64,000 bases of DNA from IMG/VR virus record IMGVR_UViG_3300028591_000127, positions 45,072 through 109,071 of that record; one strand, given 5' to 3'. Shown here one piece after another: positions 51,425 to 60,438 of the stretch. This stretch comes from a virus. Taxonomy: Duplodnaviria > Caudoviricetes. Both the position numbers and the translations under genes were made by a program. Position 1 is the first letter of the stretch, and each line of letters begins with the position of its first letter. Under the pieces are notes generated by a model. The model had not been told where the DNA came from. It did no database searches and saw only the letters and a program-made list of their open reading frames with translations.

Positions 51425-51519
51425 TTTTCTTTCAGTTTTATACCAGGCGTTTCTTCAACTCCAGCACTCGATTCTACTCCTAAAGTAAATCTTCTCTCAC
51501 TAATTTCTTCTTTTTTCAT
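51421..51519 (-). CDS. Possible 32-aa peptide
   Basis: MKKEEISERRFTLGVESSAGVEETPGIKLKEK*; its stop overlaps the next ATG. Confidence 0.4.
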   Translation of the reverse strand: MKKEEISERRFTLGVESSAGVEETPGIKLKEK

Positions 51520-51523
51520 AGTC

Positions 51524-51892
51524 TTAGATTTTCATAGGGACAGGGTCAATTATCCTTGATCTAGTCTTATAGAGGCTTGTATTATTTGGTTGACCATTAT
51601 TAACCTCTAAGCTTCTCGCCTTTAATTGATTCCTCTGTTCGGTTTGTTTTTCTTCAGACTCCATTTTCATCATCTGTGTCATCTGCTTTCTTTTTGCCAT
51701 ATCCTCACGAACCCTCATTATATGTTTCTGGTTCTGAATCTGAAGCAACTGTCTTTGTAATTTAAGCTGTTGTTCCTGAAGTTCTCTAGCGGACATTGGT
51801 TCCTGAGCAGCGTCATTATTTCCAGCAGATGATTGTTGGGGAGAAGATTGCTGTGGAGTATCAGCAAATGACTTCTTTCTCAGGATTATCAT
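51524..51892 (-). CDS. Leader-bearing Gln-rich coiled-coil protein
   Basis: MIILRKKSFA. Confidence 0.7.
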   Translation of the reverse strand: MIILRKKSFADTPQQSSPQQSSAGNNDAAQEPMSARELQEQQLKLQRQLLQIQNQKHIMRVREDMAKRKQMTQMMKMESEEKQTEQRNQLKARSLEVNNGQPNNTSLYKTRSRIIDPVPMKI

Positions 51893-52188
51893 TTCTTCTC
51901 TTTTTTATTCTTATAGTGTTTATAGGCCCCAAGGGAGGTTAATCCAATACCAGCAGTCGTAAGACCTATGGCAGCTTTCTTTTGATTTTTTAAGAGCTCC
52001 GATACAGGGATCCCCTTCTCATGAGCGTAAATCTGAAGTGCTTTAATTTGTTTACTAAGCTCCCCCTTCTTGAGATCTCTTGAAAGTTTCCATTCGGCTG
52101 CTCCAAGGCCAGTACCTAATGCTGTTGAAATTCCACCACCAATCAAGGCGTCCTTACTATAATCATAATTCTTCTTGTTATCTTCCAT
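51889..52188 (-). CDS. Glycine-zipper protein
   Basis: Two Gly-rich hydrophobic helices and a Lys-rich tail. Confidence 0.65.
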   Translation of the reverse strand: MEDNKKNYDYSKDALIGGGISTALGTGLGAAEWKLSRDLKKGELSKQIKALQIYAHEKGIPVSELLKNQKKAAIGLTTAGIGLTSLGAYKHYKNKKEKK

Positions 52189-52195
52189 AATACTA

Positions 52196-53881
52196 TTACC
52201 GATCTTCTATATTATTGAATACAGCCGGATCTATGCCTTGTTGTTCGGCCATTACTGACTGTTTAGCCTGGAGATAAGCAATATACTTTCTCTTGGTCTC
52301 ATCATTAATCATACTCTCAGTATCAGGATCAATGTCTTTGATGAGATTCTGAATATAATTAATAAAAGCTTCAGTATCTATTAAAGGTGCAGAGTTTTCA
52401 AGAATCTGCAAAGAACTAGATAAGATGTTAGTTATACCTCCCATCAAACCATTAATAGACTCACTTTGGTTAATCTGATTATTATATTCAACACTAGTCT
52501 TCTCTGATACGTGAAGCTTAATCAAAGAGGGATCAATCTTCTCTCCATATATCATTTCATAAACTGAACAGACAAGATCCTTAACTGATGTCTTAATGCC
52601 CGACATAAATCCGCTAACCCTACTATTAGCTCTCTCTGATTGTTGTAGAATCGCCCACTTTGAACCTGATGTCGAATCTAAGATTGTTGAAGGAATACCA
52701 AGAGGACTAAGGACATTGTTCTTACACATGTCCAAATTCTGCATTATCTCAAATAATTTATCTGACAATTTATCAAGAGGCAATAAGTTATTCTTATTAC
52801 CAAGAGTAGCATTATAGTCAGGAACAAATTTAGCACTCTGAGATAAGGTATTTTCAATAAAACTAACAACATCAAATTGGCTAGTTAAGAAAGACGCTAG
52901 CTCATTTGTATTATTGGCAATCTTAGTCGTTCTAGCACAAAGCTCTGTAGCAGTTTCCTTAGGAGTAGATTTATCGAATTGAAGAAGGAAAATCTGAACA
53001 CTACTTAAGTCGCGAAGGCTAATAAGAGACACAAGTAACTCTTTTATAATTAGCTCCTTAACTTTCAGAATGAGGGAGTAAAACAGAGGTTCACCCGTAC
53101 TGTAGGCTTCGGTTCTTAAAATTTTATCTAAATTATCATCCTTAAGCTTCTTACCAAATGAGGGCTGAACAGTTTTATCTTTCTTTGCTTTGTAAGTCTC
53201 ATTAAGATCGTTAACCAGGCGAAGGTTAATACTTCCAAGCACGAAAGCACTATTATGAGGAATTTCGTATATCTTTCCATCCTCACCTCTGGTCAAAAAC
53301 GAGTCCTCCGTTTCACCATCCTTATTCCTTTTCTTCTTAGTGATCACTGATATAGGATCATATAGCTCCTCAAACCTCAACTTCAAATGCCCTAACTCAT
53401 CACGAGTCTTTAAAATCATAGAAGTATATTGACCATAGAAAACTACATCCTTAACGTGGTCCCTTATATAGTCTAAGATATTAAGATCCTTAGTTAAGAC
53501 CTCATTAATCTTTTCAGTTCTTGATTCGTCCGTATTACCCTCTGGATCGAGGATCGTTACTATCTGTTGTCCAGAGTCCTCCAGAAAATTCACTATATAA
53601 TCAGCAAAAAAGTTGGTTGCTAATTTACAAACATCAATGAGCTGATATCCATGTAATTCATCGATCCTTGAGTAATATGCTGACATTAAATTGCTGGGAG
53701 AAGCATTGCCTAACAAAGGAGATTCCCTTTGAGAGCTATTCCACTTACCGCCAGAGCCAATCTGAGTAAATCCACTTCTACCGCCCCGATAAATATTACT
53801 TCTTAACGGTACTCTGGAGTTTATATTGCCGGCAAATCCAAAAATCTTCTGAAAAAATCCATTATTGTCCTCTTTCTTCAT
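52196..53881 (-). CDS. Portal protein
   Basis: 561 aa between terminase and protease; KDVVFYGQY and LSPLGIP portal-like segments. Confidence 0.7.
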   Translation of the reverse strand: MKKEDNNGFFQKIFGFAGNINSRVPLRSNIYRGGRSGFTQIGSGGKWNSSQRESPLLGNASPSNLMSAYYSRIDELHGYQLIDVCKLATNFFADYIVNFLEDSGQQIVTILDPEGNTDESRTEKINEVLTKDLNILDYIRDHVKDVVFYGQYTSMILKTRDELGHLKLRFEELYDPISVITKKKRNKDGETEDSFLTRGEDGKIYEIPHNSAFVLGSINLRLVNDLNETYKAKKDKTVQPSFGKKLKDDNLDKILRTEAYSTGEPLFYSLILKVKELIIKELLVSLISLRDLSSVQIFLLQFDKSTPKETATELCARTTKIANNTNELASFLTSQFDVVSFIENTLSQSAKFVPDYNATLGNKNNLLPLDKLSDKLFEIMQNLDMCKNNVLSPLGIPSTILDSTSGSKWAILQQSERANSRVSGFMSGIKTSVKDLVCSVYEMIYGEKIDPSLIKLHVSEKTSVEYNNQINQSESINGLMGGITNILSSSLQILENSAPLIDTEAFINYIQNLIKDIDPDTESMINDETKRKYIAYLQAKQSVMAEQQGIDPAVFNNIEDR

Positions 53882-53900
53882 ATCTTAATTCCATTTAAAA

Positions 53901-53954
53901 TTAGCTCTCATACTTAGATCGAACCATAGAACCTTGAATGTTCAGTATGAGAGT
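53901..53954. repeat. Structured intergenic repeat, type C, copy 2
   Basis: Matches 46447-46500; immediately upstream of the portal start. Confidence 0.85.
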
Positions 53955-53963
53955 TTATGATAT

Positions 53964-54841
53964 TTAATTCTCCTTGTCCTTACTCTTTTCTATTTTGTTG
54001 GCAGCAGCTTTACCTAGTCCTCGACCTACCAGAGTCAATGAAGGATTGATCAAACTACCTGTTACGTAAGTTCCTCCTGTTTTAAGATACTGATTTCTCA
54101 TTTGGGATAATAGTTTTTTGTCAGCACCCGCCTCTTTCAGAAGTTGTAAACCCTTTTTAGACGCAGCGGCCTCACTCAGTATCATCGGTGCCGAAATAGC
54201 AGCAGCGGCAACAGTGGGTCCATATTTAGATAATTTGCTCTCCTTTTCCCCTTTACGCTCCTTTTTTACTGAGTTATAACCACTAGCAAATCCAGCAGAT
54301 AAACTTGCAAGAGATGGAGCATTCTTTCCGGGAAGAGCAATTTTCTGGTAGGTAGGATTTAAGTAAATACTGTGAGCAGCTTTACCTATTTTACTAGCAC
54401 CCTCACGACCAAAGGTGTGCCTACTGTGACCAACCTCATGAGCAAAATTCGAATTAGTATTTTTAGAAATACAATCCTTCACTCCCTCCTTTTCCAGTGC
54501 TTCAACTAAATCTCGTAACTCCAGATTCTCTGGATGTTTCAGGCTTTCCCTCTTAATCTCTTTTAATCTAATATAAGAATCAGTAAATCCAGGAACTACT
54601 TTAGTACCTCCTTTTTCTACCTCTTCTTGAAGTTTCTTATTAATTCTCTTGAGTTGATCTATTTTATCCTTTGAAATAGGCTCATCACTCATAGCGGAAT
54701 TATAGAGCCCAGTATTAGCTGCTATAGCACCCAAAGTAAGTGTACTACCTATAGCGGCTAAACGACTTCCTGGCCTGGACTGATCATTATCATTCCCCCC
54801 CCTGTACTCTTACTATAGTACTTTTGTCTTAGTATGATCAT
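53964..54841 (-). pseudogene. Leader-bearing HExxH zinc-metallopeptidase-like membrane protein, frameshifted at a G8 tract
   Basis: ATG 54841 gives MIILRQKYYSKSTGG; the body (FAHEVGH...SEAAAS) is in another frame; G9 at 54795-54802 would join them. Confidence 0.7.
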
Positions 54842-55359
54842 AGTTTAGCAAATTTTCTAATTTCAGGTATTATATAGTTACTGAGCTCCTCTATTGTTGG
54901 AACATGTTTTCCTGGAATATTTATTAAACTATTTTTCCCATATTTTCTAACAAATATAGGTTCAGTTACTGATCTTAACTTATCTTCCATCGAAATAAAT
55001 CCAAGAACATTCGTAGCTTGGTCAGGAAGATTTTCAAGTTCTTTGAATCCTAAACTATACTCTGGAAATTTAGTTTTTATACCCTCTGAAATACCAAAAC
55101 CTGGATTAATTAAAACTGTTTTCTTAGATTTTATTTTAGTAGCATATACACCTCCCATACTAAGCCCAATTACAAGATCCCAATTTACTTGTTTTAATTT
55201 CTGTAAATCTTTTAAACCTAATCTTGGATCACTATGAACTACGGGAATTTGAATATTAGGGATTTCTTTTTTAAAAAATTCGGATATTTCAAGTTTTCCT
55301 AATTCATATGCCATAAAACCATTTAAGAAACAAATTTTTTTATGCCGCAATATCTTCAT
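54838..55359 (-). CDS. Alpha/beta-hydrolase esterase (YqiA/UPF0227-like)
   Basis: FLNGF oxyanion loop, GLSMGG nucleophile elbow, LINP, Asp and GKH His; degenerate leader MKILRHKK. Confidence 0.8.
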   Translation of the reverse strand: MKILRHKKICFLNGFMAYELGKLEISEFFKKEIPNIQIPVVHSDPRLGLKDLQKLKQVNWDLVIGLSMGGVYATKIKSKKTVLINPGFGISEGIKTKFPEYSLGFKELENLPDQATNVLGFISMEDKLRSVTEPIFVRKYGKNSLINIPGKHVPTIEELSNYIIPEIRKFAKL

Positions 55360-55554
55360 AACCTCATTAATCTATTCCAGAAATCACCTGAAACACTAAA
55401 TTTGTTTAACTACTCTAAATCCTAACTTTTTATATATATTTGTTAGTATCTAAAGGCTAAGGAATATTCATCCTCTGTCATAACTACACTATAGAAAACC
55501 TCAGAAGAGGTCTCTGAAAATAATCTGTCTTCTATATACAAAATTTTATATTTT

Positions 55555-56112
55555 TTATAGGAATTCTAGAATTTCTCCTTTTTCTGCAAGATCGTGAATC
55601 TTTTGTTTAAATTTGTTGTCACGGATTTTCTTAAGTTCCTGATATTTGGCATTACCTAATCTAGCCTCATTAGGTAATGCCCAGCCTCGGTGGTCATAGT
55701 CTTTCTGCGTTAATTTTGTAAGAGGACCATTATTTTTACCATAGCTCTGTCTTTTTCCACCAAATATGCTTTTTCTTGAGGCAGATCCAATTTGATTACG
55801 AGCTTTTTCATTTATTCCTTCATTAACCAAATCTTTAGCAGACTGGTTCTGCTTCAAAACTCCAACATCCCAGGTATGATTAATTCTTGGATCGTAATGT
55901 CGAGCCTTTCCTCGTTGAAGTTTCCGGCCTGCCGACCGGATCTGGTCATTAGTAAATCCAAAATTAGTATTTTCTTTAAGAGCTTTCATTCCAATTTCTA
56001 GATCTTTCTTAGCTCTAAGAGCCTTCTGTGCTTTTGAATTAAATTCCCGTTGCTCTACTATTTGATTATTACAGTCTTCAGTAGAAAAAGACTTTTTGCG
56101 TAGTATGATCAT
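55555..56112 (-). CDS. Leader-bearing basic protein
   Basis: MIILRKKSFS...QREFNSKAQK. Confidence 0.7.
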   Translation of the reverse strand: MIILRKKSFSTEDCNNQIVEQREFNSKAQKALRAKKDLEIGMKALKENTNFGFTNDQIRSAGRKLQRGKARHYDPRINHTWDVGVLKQNQSAKDLVNEGINEKARNQIGSASRKSIFGGKRQSYGKNNGPLTKLTQKDYDHRGWALPNEARLGNAKYQELKKIRDNKFKQKIHDLAEKGEILEFL

Positions 56113-56131
56113 AGTATTATTCTTCTTAATT

Positions 56132-56188
56132 AATTAGTCTTCCCGGTCTAATCAAATAGATAGAACTTAATAATGTTCTCCGGGAAGT
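56132..56188. repeat. Structured intergenic repeat, type A, copy 2
   Basis: Matches 49381-49437. Confidence 0.9.
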
Positions 56189-56196
56189 ATAGGGTA

Positions 56197-56724
56197 TTAA
56201 TCGTTGCTCTTCTTACGCTTCTTATGACTCTTGACCTTATGCACGCCATAACCAGTAGCGAGACCTGTAACACCCAAGCCAGTAGTTACGCCAGCAGCGA
56301 TCTTCTTATTTCCCCTCAGCAGCTCACCAGCCTTAAGCAGATTCTTCTCAACAAGACCGGCTTCCTTACTACCAGCAGCCTTTACCGTCTTACCGGCACC
56401 CACAAGAGCTTCTAAGCTACTCTTAGCTTCTTCCTGAGCGGCTAGCCCATTAGCCTTAAGTCGCTTATTTCTAATGACCTCACCAAGCTTACCTGCTCCA
56501 TACATACCAGCTGCGCCGAGACCTGCAGTGCCTAAACCAGCACCTGCGCCCTTAGCGGCAGCAATAGCGGCAGCAAGCTTTGAGTCTTCATCTTCGTCGT
56601 CCTCATTATCACTGAACAACATTTCCAGGTAATCCTCTTCACTAATTACCTCATTTGTAGAATACAGTCTCTCCTCGCCACTCTCATCAATAGCAGAGAA
56701 ATATACATTACGTTTAACCAACAT
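56197..56724 (-). CDS. Extended-leader glycine-zipper protein
   Basis: Start revised to MLVKRNVYFS at 56724; first 47 aa identical to 57416-57973. Confidence 0.75.
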   Translation of the reverse strand: MLVKRNVYFSAIDESGEERLYSTNEVISEEDYLEMLFSDNEDDEDEDSKLAAAIAAAKGAGAGLGTAGLGAAGMYGAGKLGEVIRNKRLKANGLAAQEEAKSSLEALVGAGKTVKAAGSKEAGLVEKNLLKAGELLRGNKKIAAGVTTGLGVTGLATGYGVHKVKSHKKRKKSND

Positions 56725-56779
56725 AGTTTTCTTATTAGTTTTATTGTTTTTTTTAGTAGTAAGGGTACTAATTCCTCCC

Positions 56780-57307
56780 TTACTTATAATATTTATGCAG
56801 ATGCTTCTTATAATCTTCATCTTCTATAGATTTCAAGATATCAGAATATCTCTGCAATCCTCGACGATCAAACTTCTTACTTTTCGCGATCTCCTCTGAC
56901 TCGTTTTCACCGATTTTCTTACCAAGTTTATAACCAAGATAAGAGCTAGCACCTACACCGGCAGCCACACCTGCTGCACCAATAGCAGCCGGAACAGCCT
57001 TACCCTCGCTTGCCTTAATAGCTGCATCAGCGACCCAGGGAGATGCTAGTAAAGCCCCAAGTCCCGCACCAGTCAGAGCACCACTTCTCTTGTGCGCTTT
57101 TTTAAGGGGCTCATAATCATCATTATCAATCGCCTTAATCGTAGCTCTATTTAAAGAGCTAGAACCACCAGCTAAAATTCTATCTGTACCGACTTTATCA
57201 TCGAAGTAAGAAATGGTATCATCATCCAATTTCTTTCTACGCTTGCTCTTCTTACTGAAAAGCTTCGTCTGATCCTCCGAATACTCTTTATGTCTCAATA
57301 TAATCAT
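56780..57307 (-). CDS. Leader-bearing glycine-zipper protein
   Basis: MIILRHKEYSEDQTKLFS. Confidence 0.75.
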   Translation of the reverse strand: MIILRHKEYSEDQTKLFSKKSKRRKKLDDDTISYFDDKVGTDRILAGGSSSLNRATIKAIDNDDYEPLKKAHKRSGALTGAGLGALLASPWVADAAIKASEGKAVPAAIGAAGVAAGVGASSYLGYKLGKKIGENESEEIAKSKKFDRRGLQRYSDILKSIEDEDYKKHLHKYYK

Positions 57308-57332
57308 ACCTATTAGTTTAGTTTGGTATTAG

Positions 57333-57387
57333 AGTTCCCATAGTTGTTTTGGTACATAAAGACATGTTTCATCTCGACTATGGGATT
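57333..57387. repeat. Structured intergenic repeat, type B, copy 1
   Basis: About 90% identical to 59486-59540; stem tcccatagttg/cRactatggga. Confidence 0.85.
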
Positions 57388-57415
57388 ATAGTTTTCTGAC
57401 TAAGTTAGGATAGGA

Positions 57416-57973
57416 TCAATCCTCCTTCTTCTTCTCCTTCTTCTTTGCTAATTTACCAGCAGCATAAAGTCCTGCGCCGACTGCAGTTACAGCGAGGCCT
57501 CCCTTTGCATTTTTGACGGCACTGTCCTTAACTACTTTCGAGGCGCGTCTAGCATAAGTATCTATATCCTGTAATGCAGCTTTCTTGTGAATCTTTTTAA
57601 GAGCATCAAGATAATCCTGAGCCTTCTTAATATCTTTATCCGTAAGTTTTCTTCCTAACTTATTTTTCGCAATCACTTTCAATGCACCAGGTAGTTTCGA
57701 AATAGCTTCCTTATATGGCCGAACTGACGCTTTTGTACCGGGAACCAAAACAGCCCCAGCCGTACCTGCACCACCTGCAACCATGGCTCCTTTACCAACC
57801 TTTTCTGCTAAATTCTTATCGGACTTCTTTTCATCTTCGTCTTCGTCGTCCTCATTATCACTGAACAACATTTCCAGGTAATCCTCTTCACTAATTACCT
57901 CATTTGTAGAATACAGTCTCTCCTCGCCACTCTCATCAATAGCAGAGAAATATACATTACGTTTAACCAACAT
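57416..57973 (-). CDS. Extended-leader glycine-zipper protein
   Basis: MLVKRNVYFSAIDESGEERLYS...MLFS; two GxxxG helices; Lys-rich tail. Confidence 0.75.
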   Translation of the reverse strand: MLVKRNVYFSAIDESGEERLYSTNEVISEEDYLEMLFSDNEDDEDEDEKKSDKNLAEKVGKGAMVAGGAGTAGAVLVPGTKASVRPYKEAISKLPGALKVIAKNKLGRKLTDKDIKKAQDYLDALKKIHKKAALQDIDTYARRASKVVKDSAVKNAKGGLAVTAVGAGLYAAGKLAKKKEKKKED

Positions 57974-58025
57974 AGTTTTCTTATTAGTTTTATTGTTTTA
58001 AGTAATAAGGGTATTAATTTCTTCC

Positions 58026-58190
58026 TTACTTATAATATTTATGCAGATGCTTCAAAAACTTATTTCTTAGACTCTTTCTGCTACATCAATCTCATCAGCC
58101 TCTGTCTATCCAACCTATCATAAGTCTTTCAGAAGACCTTTAACTGCAGTAATTCCTCCAGCGCCAGCACGTCTTAGAAATCAACACGCT
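58026..58190 (-). pseudogene. Degraded remnant of a cargo gene
   Basis: Its 3' end is identical to the KHLHKYYK* end of 56780-57307; upstream are broken-frame fragments (RAGAGGITAVKG, ADEIDVAE). Confidence 0.45.
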
Positions 58191-58193
58191 ATT

Positions 58194-59456
58194 CTACATT
58201 TTAGTCTTAGTTATACAGTTTATACGTTGATGGAGTTTATAGCAGATATTATAAATTAGATTAGCTAGAGCATTCACAGAAGGAATAGTTAATTGAACTA
58301 TATAGCCACCTTTAACCTTTTCAGAGATGTAAGTAGCCTTTCTGTTATCTTTTACTACATACTCAAACTCTTTACTTAGTTCGTCAAGTGTTTTATTCCC
58401 TATGGAGTCGTAAATTATAAAAATTGCTACTCCATCTCTAACTGATAGAACTATATTGAACCCCTTAGGATCTTGGTCTAATCCTATATATCGACTAACT
58501 AGGTTTTTGCCTCTAACATCAAGCCCTTTGTTTCTGGAATCTGATATAATATCTTCCAAATAATCAAGAACTTGATTCATATTAACCTCTTTAGCTACAC
58601 TCATTCTGTGATCTGCGCCAACTGCCTTAAACATATTTCCCAGGGCACCCATTAGGGAACCTAGTGATAGTCCAACAACAGTAGAAATACCTAGAGTTTT
58701 TAAATTAAGAGTAGAGACACCAACACTTGCGCCTACAGCACCGCCAGCAACAGCCCCGAGACCTGCGCCGGTTTTTGCTTTATTAATAAGCTCTCTTCTT
58801 AAAGAACCTTCTTTATCAGGATGACCGGATTGAATACTGAAAATTTTCTCTCGCCTTTTCTTTTTAGTTGCTTTTGCAGCACCATTAAGGGCTAGCGCAG
58901 AAACTCCAGTCGCTAGGGCGATCCCGCCAGCAATTTTACCTTTCTTGAGGTTTTTAGAGGCAGTGTTCAGAGCTTTTGTTGATTTAACAGAATCTACTAT
59001 TCTCTTATTAGTTTGAATATTTTTCTTCTCTCTGGTAATTGCCCCCTTTATTCGGTTGTAGTTCTCAGTACTTATTGTTTTGTCTCTATTACTTAAGACA
59101 AATTCCTCAATATTCTTAAGCTTTTCCTTAGACCCGGCAATCTCCTGCTTGGCTGCTTCTTCAACACCCTCCAGCACATTTCTTCTGGTTTCTAAATCTT
59201 TTAAAGATTTCTTAGATCCTCGAAGAACCTTACCACCAACTTTTTTCAGGGCCTTGAGTTTACCAAGTTTTGATTTCTCGGCACTAATTCTATTGTATAC
59301 TTCTTTTCCAGCCTGACCAGTTTTATAAGCCCCATAACCAAGAGCCCCTAAAGAAATAATGCCCTCTGCTTTTGCTGCACCGTCTAAAAGATTTTCCCTG
59401 TCGTATCTAGCCTCATCAATTTTCGATGCGAAGGCCTTGTTTCTTAATATAATCAT
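58194..59456 (-). CDS. Leader-bearing two-module glycine-zipper protein
   Basis: Start revised to MIILRNKAFA at 59456; internal KIFS starts a module resembling the N-terminal domain of 28374-29972. Confidence 0.75.
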   Translation of the reverse strand: MIILRNKAFASKIDEARYDRENLLDGAAKAEGIISLGALGYGAYKTGQAGKEVYNRISAEKSKLGKLKALKKVGGKVLRGSKKSLKDLETRRNVLEGVEEAAKQEIAGSKEKLKNIEEFVLSNRDKTISTENYNRIKGAITREKKNIQTNKRIVDSVKSTKALNTASKNLKKGKIAGGIALATGVSALALNGAAKATKKKRREKIFSIQSGHPDKEGSLRRELINKAKTGAGLGAVAGGAVGASVGVSTLNLKTLGISTVVGLSLGSLMGALGNMFKAVGADHRMSVAKEVNMNQVLDYLEDIISDSRNKGLDVRGKNLVSRYIGLDQDPKGFNIVLSVRDGVAIFIIYDSIGNKTLDELSKEFEYVVKDNRKATYISEKVKGGYIVQLTIPSVNALANLIYNICYKLHQRINCITKTKM

Positions 59457-59485
59457 ATTAGTGTAGAATAATAACCGCGTTTGAC

Positions 59486-59540
59486 AGTTCCCATAGTTGC
59501 TTTGGTGCATAGAGACATATTTCATCTCAACTATGGGATT
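59486..59540. repeat. Structured intergenic repeat, type B, copy 2
   Basis: Matches 57333-57387. Confidence 0.85.
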
Positions 59541-59546
59541 TATATT

Positions 59547-60438
59547 TTATAATTTCTTAAGTTCAGCTTTCCAATCCTTTGCTAGCTGAATTAGGGCAGG
59601 ATTTTCGATATCCTCTAAATCCCGATCAACCCACTCAATCAAGATTTCCCCTAATGAGGTGAACGTTCCTTCTATTGGAAATCCTCCTTGAGGTCCCCAA
59701 CCAAACGGCTCACTTTTAGCCTGTGGATACCAACAAACTACAGTATCATCAGCTCGTTCAGGGTCGGTTATTAGACCAATTTCGTGTAAAGATGTATCTC
59801 CTCTACGATTCAGCTGAAGATCTTCCTGTATCCACATTTCTGGGTAACGAGCTTGGTCAATGGGTCTAACTATATTGGTTAAAGAAGCCCAACAGTCCGA
59901 ATTATCTTTCAGGAATTTAACTAGGTGAGATAAGATAAATTTCTTTTGAAGTTCTATATAATTCCAAAGGTCTTTCGGAAATTGTATGCCATACTTCTTT
60001 TCTAACTTCTTGTAATCCTGGATAGATCCAGTATATAAATCAGTAAGATACTTTTGAGGATCTTTAAGTGCTAGGTTCTTCAGTTTCTCTGCTGCTTCAT
60101 ATTGTTTCTTGAGGAATTGATTTCGTTTATCAATACTCTTCTTAGAAGTTGTATTCCAAGCAGTTTTTCCTCCAAGATAAGCAGATAAAACCGCCCCTCC
60201 TAAAGCACCATACTTGGCAGATCCAAAAAATTGCACCAACCATTGAACCACCTAAGGCCCCTAATATAGCACCTAGGGCACCAAAAGCACTGGCATCTTT
60301 TAGTCTACGTCCAACAGGAACATAAGCTACAGGTTTAAATGAATAAGTTTTATCTCTTAGTATGATCAATTTGTATTCATCCTCTAACTCTCTACGACTT
60401 TTCTTATTAGAGAACTCCTTATTTCTTAGAATTATCAT
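59547..60438 (-). pseudogene. Leader-bearing glycine-zipper protein with SMI1/KNR4(SUKH)-like C-domain, frameshifted at a T6 tract
   Basis: ORFs 60142-60438 and 59547-60251 join as ...VGAIF-GSAKYGALGG if the A6 run at 60225-60230 is A5; the C-part has YKKLEKKYGIQFPKDLWNYI. Confidence 0.65.
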
